A stretch of DNA of 64,000 nucleotides from contig OZ024742.1 in NCBI GenBank assembly GCA_964016885.1, forward strand, positions 128,712,001-128,776,000, in the 5' to 3' direction. The notes beneath the pieces were generated by a model. That model saw nothing but the letters and a program-made list of their open reading frames with translations, had not been told where the DNA came from and did not search any database. Of the stretch, positions 39,602 through 50,883 are shown piece by piece; the first letter of the stretch is position 1; each line of letters begins with the position of its first letter. This DNA comes from Eledone cirrhosa (Eukaryota). Both the position numbers and the translations under genes were made by a program.

Positions 39602-39848
39602 CTGTGTGTGTGACAGCTCCCACCTTTGCAGGTTTAGCTGGCCTCCTCCAAGGTATATCTCGGAGGTCTCTTGGGTAATTTAATGATAGGGACCCCAGTC
39701 CTATCATCTCATGTCTACAGCTGAGGAAACTGGAGCAACGTGAAATAAAGTGTCTTGCTCAAGGAAACAACACATCACCCAGTCCGAGAATTGAACTCAC
39801 AACCTTTCGATTGCAAGCCCAATGCTCTAAGCACTAAGCCATACGCCT
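39602..39848 (-). mobile_element. tRNA-derived SINE with CORE-like domain (others at ~3510-3735, 4363-4640, 18610-18860, 20600-20750, 25690-26000, 30930-31060, 36822-36940, 57104-57300)
   Basis: Head aaggcgtatggcttagtgcttagagc...gtgagttcaattctc; core ccttgagcaagacactttatttcac; 11-bp TSD. Confidence 0.8.
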
Positions 39849-39867
39849 TTACATCCATATTAAAGAT

Positions 39868-39938
39868 TTCTATCTGATGAACGACTTCAGACGCCTCTGT
39901 TAGAATCGTCTGACTTCGTGAAACCTTTGGTAATGGAA
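39868..39938 (+). ncRNA. Type I hammerhead ribozyme
   Basis: Stem I TTCTAT/ATGGAA, CTGATGA, stem II ACGA..CAGACG/CGTCTG..TCGT, GAAA, stem III CC-TTT-GG, GUA site (predicted cleavage after 39932). Confidence 0.8.
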
Positions 39939-40008
39939 TAATTATATTGTGTTGTTTATTTATGTAATTAAATAGCTCTTCTTTCCTTTACCTTTTCCAT
40001 GGAAATGC

Positions 40009-40048
<40 letters not shown>

Positions 40049-40289
40049 AGAACTCAGCACACAGTACTTGACATAAAAAGACACACCCACAGGCACACAA
40101 ACTAAACATCTCATACAAAAAAGAAAATTGATTTCGCGAAATACTATATTGGCAATTGACGTCATTCACATGGAAAGCAAAATAACCATCGAAGAAAGCT
40201 GTAAACAACTTAGAAAAAATTTAAATCAAAATCAAAATTTTATTCCAAAGAGAGGAACTTAGAACATTATCCTGTGAAAGTTCCTTAAA

Positions 40290-40326
40290 CCCTGATGAAG
40301 GGACTTTTAGGTCCCGAAATATTGGA
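40290..40326 (+). ncRNA. Hammerhead core remnant
   Basis: CTGATGA-A-GGGAC(TTTTAG)GTCCC-GAAA-TATT; stem II is perfect but stems I and III are poor. Confidence 0.35.
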
Positions 40327-40440
40327 CAGATAAAAGAACAACAACAACAAAACAAAACAAAGATTACCAGGTAACTTTTACTTTTCGTTACCTCATCTTA
40401 CTCCATTTTGCATTGTTTAGCCTTCTATCTCTTTCAACGT

Positions 40441-40519
<79 letters not shown>

Positions 40520-40932
40520 AAATTTGTTTCAACACATGATTTCATATCAAAAACTTCGCAAAACAAATCATCATCATCATCATCATCATTTCATTTTACA
40601 TCCGCTTTTTCCCTGCTTGCAAGGGTAACAAAGACAACAATTACACAGTCATAAGTAGGAAAAGTAATGTATTGGGTGTTAGTCTTCCATCAAATATGAG
40701 ACAGGGAGAGTGAGTAAAACTAAAAATGAGAGAAAGAAAGTGAGACTAAGAGTGAGGGAGTTGAGAGGGGGAGAGAAAGAGGGAGAAATTCGACTCTAGT
40801 ACTCTATTGTCCTCGGAAGGATGAAAAGCAAAGTTGATCTCAGCAGGATTTGAACTTAGAGTGCAGTGAGCTGGAATAAATAGAGAGGCAATTCTAATCT
40901 GATGCCCCAATAACTTTGCTAATTCATCACCT

Positions 40933-43900
40933 TCATCATCATCATCATCATCATCACCGTTTTACGTCCGTTCTTCCACGCTAGCATGGGTTAGACGGGT
41001 TGTCCTGTTGTGGGCAGTGTCTGGTCGGCTGGCCATGCCTTGCTCATACAGGAACTAATCTGGCTTGATTTCTACAGCTGGATGCCCTTCCTAACACCAA
41101 CCTCATTTACAGTGAGTGCTGGGTGCTTTTTCGTGGCGCCTACACGTCCACTTTACAGTGTGGGCTGGGTGCTTTTTTGCCGTGGCACCTCCACGACCAC
41201 CTTGCGGTGGGGGGAGTGGGGGCATATTGTTTATATGCTTCAGCATGTACCCATGGGAGGTCGGGTACCCTGTATTACTGCGTGACGCCAGAAGTCACGG
41301 TCGTGTGTCATTGTCTTTGAGAGGTGTAGTTGGGTAAGGTCGGCTTTTATCACCTCATCCCAAGTCATCTTGGGTCTCCCCACTCCGCGGTTGCCATCAA
41401 CTTCTAGTGCTCTGCACCTTTTTATGCAGCTGTCATCCTTCATACGCATCACATGTCCATACCAGCGTAACCGCCTCTCCTGCACGCAGCATTTGATTCC
41501 TCTTATGCTCAGTCTCTCTCTCAATTCCTTTATGCTTTGTCGTTCACGTATATTACTGTTACACATCCATCGGAGCATGCAGGCTTCGTTTCTCTCTAAT
41601 CTACGTAAGTCTTCCACCTTCAGCGCCCAGGTCTCACTACCATGCAACATCGCTGTTCGGATACACGCATCATACAGTCTGCCTTTCATTCTGAGGGAGA
41701 AGCCTTTTGCAGCTAGCAGTGGTAGTAGTTCCCTAAACTTCTTCCATCCCGTTCTTACCCTAGTTATTGTACTTTCTGAGCACCCACCTCCGTTGCTAAT
41801 TCGGTCACCTAGGTAGCAGAAGCTGTCTACTGTTTCTACAGGGCCCTCCCAGAGATTGGTGGTACTTGTTTCCTGTGGCTGTTTGCTTGCTGTTTCAGCA
41901 CAGCTGCTGCATGTGAATCCTACATTATTAATTAAGCTTCCTGAGATCCCGCTACATCTCTTGTGTACCCATTGTTTGCATTTGGGGCAGAGAATGGAGT
42001 TCCTACCTACACCTTTCCTACATACTGAGCAAGGCCATTTCCCTGAGGGGATCTGGGTTCTGTTTTCTCGTCTACTTACAAGGACCTTAGTCTTTGTCAT
42101 GTTGACTTTGAGGCCCTTTCTCTCTAGTCCCTGCTTCCAGGTTTGGAATTTATTCTCTAGTTCTACCATAGATTCAGCTATGAGTGCGAGGTCATCAGCA
42201 TACAGGAGTTCCCATGGGCATCCGGTCTTAAACTCCTCCGTTATTGCCTGCAGGACTATGATGAACAGGAGAGGGCTAAGAACAGAGCCCTGGTGGACCC
42301 CAACCTGTACGCTAAATTCCTCGCTATACTCATTGCTAATCCTAACTTTGCTGACTGCTCCCCTATACATGGCTTGTACCGCTTTCACAAGCCATTCATC
42401 TACTCCTAGTTTTCTAAGAGCCCACCAGATTACTGCACGTGGAACTCTGTCAAAGGCTTTCTCAAGGTCGACAAATGCCAAGTAGAGTGGCTTACTTTTA
42501 GCTAGGTACTTTTCCTGTAATTGCCTCACAAGGAAGAGGGCATCAGTGGTGCCTCTCCCTGGTACAAACCCAAATTGCATCTCGTCTATATTCACCCGGT
42601 CCCTAATCAGCTGTGCTATAACTCTTTCTGTTACTTTCATGACCTGGTCCATCAACTTTATACCTCTATAGTTTCCTCTATCTAGTGCATCGCCTTTACC
42701 TTTGTAGCAGTTGACAATGATGCTACTGCACCAATCTTTTGGTATGGCCCCTTCTAGTATTACCTGGTTAACGATACGTGTGGCTATAGTGTGACCTACA
42801 GACCCAGATGCCTTCAGCATCTCGGCAGCTATACCCGATGGACCGGTTGCCTTCCCCATCTTCATATCTCTGATTGCCTTACTTACTACGCTGCCGCTGA
42901 CTTGTACTGCTGGTCCCTCTATAGGGTCTACATGGGGTAGGGTCTCTTCTTCCCATGCATTCTCCTCATTTAGTAATCTATCATAATGACTCTTCCATGC
43001 ATCTTTCTTCTCAGCACTTGTGAGGGCAAGCTCACCTTTATCATTCCGGATACACTTCTCTCCAATGACATCACAACTATCTCTGACACACTGCCTCGCA
43101 ATCTTGAATACCTCCTGTTTCTGGACCTCACGTTGTAAAACATGCTTGAATTTTCTATCCTCTGCTTCCCTCCTAGCTAAGTATACTTGTCGCCTAGCTT
43201 CCCTCTTGGTCTCTATGTAATGTACCCTGCTCCCCCCGTTCTTCCATTCTTTCCATGCCTGTCTCTTGGCCTTGACTGCTTCATCTACCTTATTGTTCCA
43301 CCACCAAGTCACTCTCCTCCTGCTTGAGGCCTTACTCCAGCCACAAACCTCATCCGTCGCCTCTAGTAAGTTATTTTTTAGGAACTCCCAGTGGTCATCT
43401 AGATTGAATGTCTCTATCTGTTCTTCTTTACTGTCGTAGGCGTTGAGTAAAATATCTTTAAATCTGTTACTGGTTGAGGGGACTTTCAGCTTCCAGATCT
43501 TTCTTCTCCAGGTTGGCCTCTGTTTCCGGGTTCGTCTAGTTCTGACCGTGAGGTCGCTGACAACTAAGCTATGTTGGGATGTACATTCCTCACTAGGGAA
43601 GGCTTTTGTGTTTACGACCGTCCATCTGTCACGTCCTCTGATGAGGATAAAATCTAACTGACTAGAGTGCTCCCCTGATCTATAGGTGATCAGGTGGTTG
43701 TCGGGTTTTTTAAAGTTTGTGTTACATATCGACATGTCATTGGCGTCGCAGAATTCTAGAAGTCTGAATCCTTCCTCATTCCTTGTGCCAACTCCATGGC
43801 CTCCATGTACTCTATTGAAGCCGTCGCAGTGTTTACCTACGTGTCCGTTAAAATCTCCTGCAATGATTAGGAAGTCCTTGTCGTCTGTTAGAGCAGTAGT

Positions 43901-45090
43901 GTGTATTAGGGACTCGTAAAACCTATCCTTAAGTTCGTCTGGCAGCCCCGATTGGGGTGCGTAAGCTGATATTATTGTGGTAATTGTCTTATTCAGGACT
44001 AGTCTGAGTTTAATGATTCTTGCATTTACCCTGTACACTGAGATTACTTTATCTACCCACTTGTCAGCTAATAGTATACCTACACCACCCATCCCATCGT
44101 CATTTCCCACCCAGAAAAATTTGTAGCACTGGCTTTTTCCTACAAGGACTCTAGCAGACCCTCCTCTCCATCTAGTCTCTTGCACACAGCATACATCAAC
44201 TTCCTTTCGCTCTAGCATTTCTACGATTTCTCCTGCTCTTCCTTTCATTGAGCCTACATTGATGGTACCAACTCGGAGTTTTGGGCATTTGTCGACACTC
44301 ATAGGGGGGGGGGGTCTCTGGGTTGGCGCTTCACGTGGGTGCTTGGTAGCTCGCAGATTCATATTTCATCTATTGATTCAGAGTTGCTCAAATGTAATCT
44401 CAGCTCATCCATCCATAACGGTGGGAAAATTGAGGGCTAGAAGAACAGTGGTGGTGGGGTAATGGCAGGGTGTGTTGGGATGCGCCAGAGGAGGAGAGAG
44501 TTAGTTAGGCAGGTAGTAGCAGCAGTGGAAATGGCATGCTAGGTTTGATTGGTCGAATAGACTATGGTGGTGTGTGGGGGTGGGGGGGTGGGGGGGAACT
44601 TGTGAGGTAGGAACTGAGGGTCGCATGGTAAATAACTGAGAGAGATACAATAGAATTAGAATACCGCATGGTAAATATCCAAGTTAATACTACATCAGTA
44701 AAATTAACAATAATAACGTCATGAAAACTACTAAGAAAAACCCTCGAAAATTTATCGCTAATACAGCAGGGAATATCATTAATATTAACAACAATATGTA
44801 GGCTAAAATACCTTCGGAGATTAGTAAGGATGGATGGATGGCTGGACAATTGGAATCAACTCTAGTGATACATTTTAGCAGAGAAGAATGGGAAAGTGTC
44901 TTATCTCTTCAATATTTTCAGATTGAATGAATTAGGTTGAATAGGTTAAAGACAGGGTAGTAAACCTTAAAGAGATGCATAGAGAGGGGGGGCGGTAGGG
45001 ACTGAGGGTCGCATGGTAAATAACTGAGAGAGATACAATAGAATTAGAATACCGCATGGTAAATATCCAAGTTAATACAACATCATAAAA
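40933..45090 (-). mobile_element. Apparently full-length RTE-clade LINE: 5'UTR, single ORF, 3'UTR and (GAT)n tail
   Basis: Intact ORF 41240-44362; ~300 bp 3'UTR ending in (TGA/GAT)n near 40933; upstream region contains an ~85 bp direct repeat. The 5' boundary is approximate and I found no TSD. Confidence 0.88.
41240..44362 (-). CDS. RTE LINE protein, 1040 aa: APE endonuclease plus reverse transcriptase with a PHD-type Zn finger insert
   Basis: APE motifs GTINV, CVQETRW, SAYAPQ, AGDFNGHVG, SQLDFIL; RT motifs QFGF, FVDLEKAFDRV, GVHQGSVLSP, YADD, CYLG; no stops or frameshifts. Confidence 0.95.
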   Translation of the reverse strand: MNLRATKHPREAPTQRPPPPMSVDKCPKLRVGTINVGSMKGRAGEIVEMLERKEVDVCCVQETRWRGGSARVLVGKSQCYKFFWVGNDDGMGGVGILLADKWVDKVISVYRVNARIIKLRLVLNKTITTIISAYAPQSGLPDELKDRFYESLIHTTALTDDKDFLIIAGDFNGHVGKHCDGFNRVHGGHGVGTRNEEGFRLLEFCDANDMSICNTNFKKPDNHLITYRSGEHSSQLDFILIRGRDRWTVVNTKAFPSEECTSQHSLVVSDLTVRTRRTRKQRPTWRRKIWKLKVPSTSNRFKDILLNAYDSKEEQIETFNLDDHWEFLKNNLLEATDEVCGWSKASSRRRVTWWWNNKVDEAVKAKRQAWKEWKNGGSRVHYIETKREARRQVYLARREAEDRKFKHVLQREVQKQEVFKIARQCVRDSCDVIGEKCIRNDKGELALTSAEKKDAWKSHYDRLLNEENAWEEETLPHVDPIEGPAVQVSGSVVSKAIRDMKMGKATGPSGIAAEMLKASGSVGHTIATRIVNQVILEGAIPKDWCSSIIVNCYKGKGDALDRGNYRGIKLMDQVMKVTERVIAQLIRDRVNIDEMQFGFVPGRGTTDALFLVRQLQEKYLAKSKPLYLAFVDLEKAFDRVPRAVIWWALRKLGVDEWLVKAVQAMYRGAVSKVRISNEYSEEFSVQVGVHQGSVLSPLLFIIVLQAITEEFKTGCPWELLYADDLALIAESMVELENKFQTWKQGLERKGLKVNMTKTKVLVSRRENRTQIPSGKWPCSVCRKGVGRNSILCPKCKQWVHKRCSGISGSLINNVGFTCSSCAETASKQPQETSTTNLWEGPVETVDSFCYLGDRISNGGGCSESTITRVRTGWKKFRELLPLLAAKGFSLRMKGRLYDACIRTAMLHGSETWALKVEDLRRLERNEACMLRWMCNSNIRERQSIKELRERLSIRGIKCCVQERRLRWYGHVMRMKDDSCIKRCRALEVDGNRGVGRPKMTWDEVIKADLTQLHLSKTMTHDRDFWRHAVIQGTRPPMGTC

Positions 45091-47385
45091 TATTATAAAA
45101 ATTAATATCTTCATTAGTTCGGCATCCTTAAACACATTTTTCTGCTTGAGCTTATCTTCTATTTGTTTTTATGTTGATTTATTTAGCGATTGTTTGCTGA
45201 TTTATAAGGAAACTTGTCCAAGATAACAACTACAATTTCTCAAAGACTTGTGATTTGCAGGGTATTGCTGGAAAAATAAGCAGGAAGTTTACACAAGTTA
45301 CTATTGTGGGAACCAATTCATGGGAGATGCAATAGAAGAAGATCTGCTTGAACCATCATTGATCAACTCTGAGACAATACAAACTTCAGTAAGGAGAAGT
45401 TACCAGGAGCAATGGAAAATTGTGAACTGTGGAGGGACTTTGTCAGGAATGTTCGACTGTGATTGCAATGATGATGATTACTGTTTTACATCCTAAGACA
45501 GTCAATTTGGCAGAGTTGTTAGAGCATTGGATACTTCTTTCAGGTCTCCGTGTTCTGAGTTAAAATCCCTCTAAGGTTCACTTTGTCTTTCATCCTTTCA
45601 GGTTCGATAAAAAAAATAATAAATAAATAAATAAATAAATAAATAAGTACCAGCTCTGTGCTGGTGAAGCCATCTCTCTCCTTCCTGGTTGTTCTGCTAG
45701 ATTAAGGCAGGACCAGCTGAGTGGGTGTTTGTGTCTGCCCCTGACAACATAGGCACCTAAAACCCTCAGCAAAAGCATGATACATACAACCAAGTCATAC
45801 TCAATTGTGAGTGATGGCTGTAGTAATAATAGAATTTTTAGATCCATACCAAGTGAAAGTGGAATGGCAATTGTTAGAGTTGTTTAGCATTAGGTTAGCC
45901 CTTATCAAGGAAACCTATGTTCAAAGGCATTCCAGTTGTGATCATCTGAGCTATTTTTCAAATTGTTTATCTAAGATCATATTATTCAATATGTCCTTTT
46001 TTAAAACATTGAGTGGGGTGAGGGAGATTTGACTACTATTTTTAGCAAGTACAACAACCACATAAGCAGTGGTTCCAAAACTTTTATGCACTATGCCCTA
46101 CCTCAACATCTCAAAAATCGTTATGCCAAACTTATGAACTAGTGTGTTCCAGCCATGACTATCCTATCATTGTACTCAGGCAAATTATTCCAAGGAGTCC
46201 TTCCTCACAGTGATTATTTTAACATGCAGCTGATCCCTACTTGTCATCATCATTATTTTAACCATTCTGAGTTCAAATCCCGCCGAGGTCAACTTTGCCT
46301 TTCATCCTTACGGGGTTGATAAAATAAAGTACCAGTAATGTACTGGGTAATGCTGGCCTTGTGCCAAAAGTAGAAACAATTATTTTAAGTCTACTGTTGT
46401 TCCTTGCATGGATTGGATGTGTTCTTTTCAGTACAGTATCTCTACACACTCATCACGTTCCTTTGCCATCTCCTCTATGAGCTTCAGCAATTTGGGATCA
46501 GTCCTCAGCACCTCTTCCTTAGTCTTCCTCAACTGCAGCTTTCCTCCACTGGGATTTCTTGGCAGTTCTTCACCTAGCGATCATCCAAGTACATCACAAG
46601 TGTAAGTCTAAATTTAATTTTGTGTCAAATACTACATTGCACTTGGTAAATGATGGTTAACCCTTTAGCATTTACATTACTCCATATATATTATTGTATT
46701 TTCACAGTAAAGGCTTTACCTCACAATTATTTCATATAATATCAAATCTATGAAATTTTTATATTATTTATTTTGAGAACAATACCTTAAAGTTGGTATG
46801 ACGGGCCAGTTATGGCCAATTTGAACAGAAAGATGTGAAAGAACTCTGGACAGATACGGCCTGTTTAAATGCTAAAGAGTTAAAGGACTTAAAACACTCA
46901 TAAAATATTAAAAATAACCATTACATTACAAATGCTTAAAAAAATCAGAGAATAGTAAACACTGGATCTTGGCACATGCCTCAAAGATTTGTGCCTTTTT
47001 AAAATTTCCTAAAAAAGAAGCCAGCTTCCTCAATACTATGTGAGTGTCCTATCTTAACATTTCCCAGCTACTCTGCTTGAAACCTTTGAAGTACATAGCA
47101 TCCTTGAACAAACTATATATTACTTGAGCCTCTCATCTTCACATTACCACTTATGTGTAAAACACTCAAGTTACAAACTAAATAATTCACTCAATCTATC
47201 ATCTGCACTGAGACTGCTTTCACCTAGAGCTTCCACTCTAAAATCATGTTAACAGGAATAATTTCATCCATTTATCGCCATACCTCCAGTTTAGGAGTGC
47301 CTAGACATTGCCACTTCAATCCTCAGAATCAACCATAAAACATTGTGTGTCTATATATATACATATATATGTGTGTGTGTGTGTG

Positions 47386-47424
<39 letters not shown>

Positions 47425-49596
47425 ATGGACTTTGCCGTAAAAAAAAATATATGAAGGTTCAAGCTCTCTTGCCAGTAGGCTTTGTGTAGAATGGATAGAG
47501 TTGTTGAGCTACCCATACAAATGGATTATTTATAGTGGTGAGGGCTTGTGTAGGACCAGCCACACTTTTTGGAAATGTTGATAACAAAAGATTGATGCAA
47601 AGGTCTGCAACAAACTCAGTGAACAACACACCTCAGGTATTGCTTGGCTGTTTGACGGGTTTTGTTTTTCATCCCACAAGTTATCCAAAAATCACCCCTC
47701 TTCACAAAGCAAACTTAGCAGGATTGCAGTTTAGTTGCTGAAGACCTGACCATGAATTGAGCTACATGTTACTAGTAACACACATGAACGACCTGACTAT
47801 ATATATATATATAATCAAATATATAGATGCAAAATTTAGCTTTTAAATCATTTTTAATTCCTTGCATATTTCAAGAAAGTTATAATCCAATTATTGGATG
47901 AATATTACGTGAAATTCATACAATCAAAATCTATACATGCAAAATGATATGCAGATATACATCTCCATCTTCAGAGGATTTAACGAAAAAAAAAACCAAA
48001 AAACCATTCAATTTGAAACAAAATAGAATGTCAGATAGAATGCTTTGCTGTATTCTTTTCAGTTCTCTGCTCTCTGAATTCAAATCCAGTTAACTCTGCC
48101 TTTCATCGATTCATGGTTGATAAAAAAGTACCAGTATAGTACTGGGGTTGATTCTTCCTCAATATCGTTTTCTCATTTCCTCTCTCTCTCATTTTGTCTA
48201 TCCTTCTCTGGAAGAAATCTGTTGTATTCAGACGTGGAGAAGAGATGGGCTCCACCAGGTTTTAAAAATGCCTAAAGAACACTGTATGTCAATACAGCGC
48301 CTCAATGACTTCCTCAGGAGTTACAGGAAAAAAATAAACAAAAACAAAACTTTGTTTGAACAGGTTTAGAAGATTTTCTAATAGGATTAGAGAAGCACTG
48401 GATCTGATAGTTTCTAGCACATTAGTTTGGAGATAGTTTAGCCTAGATAATGATTAATCTGTTCAAACATACGAGATGGTTAAATGGATCTTCTAATAAA
48501 GATTAATGCAATCAATCCTAGCTAAATAAAGTGGTGAATTGAATTAGCAGAGCTGTCAGGGTATTGATTTTAAAAAAGCCTCTGTATTTGGCCCTGTGCA
48601 CTGTGTTCAAATCCCACCAAGGTTAACTTTGTTTTTCATCCTTTCAATGTTGATAAATTAAGTACCAGTCCAGTACTGGGATTGATTCTTGCTTGCTCTC
48701 TCTCTCTATCTCTCTCTCTCTGGTAGAAATCAGCTATATTCCAATCTAGAGTGGGATGGGTACCACCAGGTTTGAATAACCCCAGGCATACCATATGTAA
48801 AGACAGTGTCCCTACAACTCCATCTTTTTGATGTTCAGCAATGCATTTTGGGTAAGCACTCTAATTCACAATAATTCAAAGGCAGAATTTCAGAATAAGA
48901 TCACCATAAATTTCCTAAATGTGTGGTAACACCACTGAAAAGTAGGGGTGGGGCTGAGAGCGACTGCCAATGATTCCACCCCCAGGAAATATGAGGGGGA
49001 GTACCATCCAGTACTGACTTCCACTGGTAACAGGAGGAAAAGGAGTGCCATATAGTGCTCCCTCCTATAGGATAAGTGCAACCCACTGACCTCCCTCCCC
49101 TGGTAACAGGCCCCATGAAAATGATAATAGTGTTGTAAATAGGTTGTGCTGGTGCTACAATAAAATATACTCAGCCCACACTGTAAAGAGGTAGTGTTGG
49201 TACTGTGATAAAAAGCACCCACTTCATGCTGTAAAGTAGCTGGCATTAGAAGGGTATCCAGCTGTAGAAACCATGCCAAAATGAAAGGTATGAGCAAGAC
49301 ACAACCATCTAACGTGTCTAATCTCAGAAGAGGAAACTCTCTCTAATCTATGCAAACATGAAATATATATGTATGATGATGATCAAGGGTGGGATGGTTT
49401 TATCATAAGTCTACTTGATCAGAGCTGACCTGAGGTTTAAACAACTATGCCGGCTTAAGTAAAAACTGTTCTCTCTACTACTCAAAAGAATTAAAACTTC
49501 AATCTAGAATTAGAAAAATAGAATAATATTCAGAAAAAGAGAAATAAATAAATAAATAAAAATAAAATAAAAGAACGTTTTCATTTAGTTTTGTAC

Positions 49597-49683
49597 CTGT
49601 CTCAAGACAACAAGAAGGTCATCCTGTTCAAAACTTAGTTCACCTCCTTTTGGGTCACCAGTGAATTCATACAATGCTTTTGC
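49597..49683 (-). CDS. SNX9: Sorting nexin exon, SH3 domain part 1 (AKALYEFTGDPKGGELSFEQDDLLVVLRQ)
   Basis: ttccag acceptor and gtac donor, 87 nt, phase 0-0; SH3 ALYxF...ELS motif. Confidence 0.93.
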
Positions 49684-49769
49684 CTGGAAGAAACATAAAA
49701 AGTAGAGAGATTATATTTAGAAGTACAAGTTAAAGAAAGAAAGAAATAACAACATGAAATTAAGTTATA

Positions 49770-50197
49770 ATAAAATGTTTTATTTATGGAATATATCATG
49801 TAAATATAGTTTAATAGATTGAGAAGAATGGAATGAAAAATAGGAAGATATAGAAAAAAAAGAGAAGAAAGAAAGAAAAAACGGAAAGGGGAGGGAATGG
49901 CAAGAACTCTAGTGTCACAGAAGAATGGGGAGGAAGGGGAGGATGATTGGGTTCTGGGGCTAGGGTGTGGAAATAGAGGGGCTGCACCCCGTGGACAAGA
50001 CCTCAAAGGTATTCCTGCGGACAATGGCCAGCGACACCTGCTGCAACAGCCATCCCACCTCGTGGGGCTCCTTCCTCAGACGGGCCACCAATGTTCCAAT
50101 CTTGAGGAGGAGCTCGACTGTATGGGGTCCAAGTACGCCTGAGGTGTCAACAGCAACCTGTGCGAAAAGGAAGCGGCTGGACAGTCCCCAGTATTTG
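49770..50197 (-). mobile_element. 3' fragment of a CRE-like (RLE-type) non-LTR retrotransposon
   Basis: Minus-strand frame KYWGLSSRFLFAQVAVDTSGVLGPHT...WLLQQVSLAIVRRN matches the KY..F.P.AVETxG..G....QRxSxAIxRGN C-terminus; pyrimidine-rich 3'UTR with AATAAA. Confidence 0.75.
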
Positions 50198-50883
50198 TTT
50201 ATTAAAATGTTAACTTCTAATATCCTGTAATAAAATTCAGCAGAAAATATCTAAAAATGGGTTTGTTAATTCAAATGTCTATTGCATCTTTATTAGCAGG
50301 CAGATCCTTGCAAAGATTTGCAGTAACTAAAGTAGGGACTTGAAATTTTTAATGTGATGCAGTCATAGTGTTATTTTATACTTTTCAGAAATGTCTTGTT
50401 AATGTGGTTTCATGCAGTAGACTATAAGAGTTTCCAGTTCCATCTAAAACAATGATTTGGACAAAGGTAAGTTTCATCATTTTTATATCTGCTTTTCTAT
50501 GTTAGCCTGCATTGGATGAAAATACTTTGGGGGCAGTCCCAACTACTGTCTTACTAGTCTGTAGCATAGAATCACTGAGCTGCAGGACTTTTGTTTATGT
50601 GAAACATAAACAAATATCCCTACTAGCAGTATCAAATATGAAACAAAACAAATACGCACACATAACAGGCTTACATATTTCCTATCTATTAAATTCCACT
50701 CATAAGGTGTTGGTCAGCTTGAGGTTATAGTAGAAGACATTTGCCAAAGGTTCCATGCAGTGAAATAGAACAGAAAATTACATGTCTGTGAAACAAACTT
50801 AACCACAATGCCTAATTAAAAAGATTCTTCTTTTTCTATGTATTCGTTACTGGTGCCATGAAAAAGTTCCTCATCCAGCTTAC

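Larger units (their letters stand above)
39398..39943. repeat. Fold-back palindrome (~143-bp arms) interrupted by a SINE
   Basis: 39398-39540 is nearly the reverse complement of 39543-39601 joined to 39860-39943; SINE 39602-39848 is flanked by the TSD ttacatccata. Confidence 0.93.

Noticed and set aside
41370-43919. Plus-strand ORFs of 66-209 aa, and similar ones at 28027-29031
   Set aside because: Antisense shadows of the RTE coding frame with no independent motifs.
44363-45200. HDV-like ribozyme expected at some RTE 5' ends
   Set aside because: I could not identify the nested double pseudoknot by eye; it needs a descriptor search.
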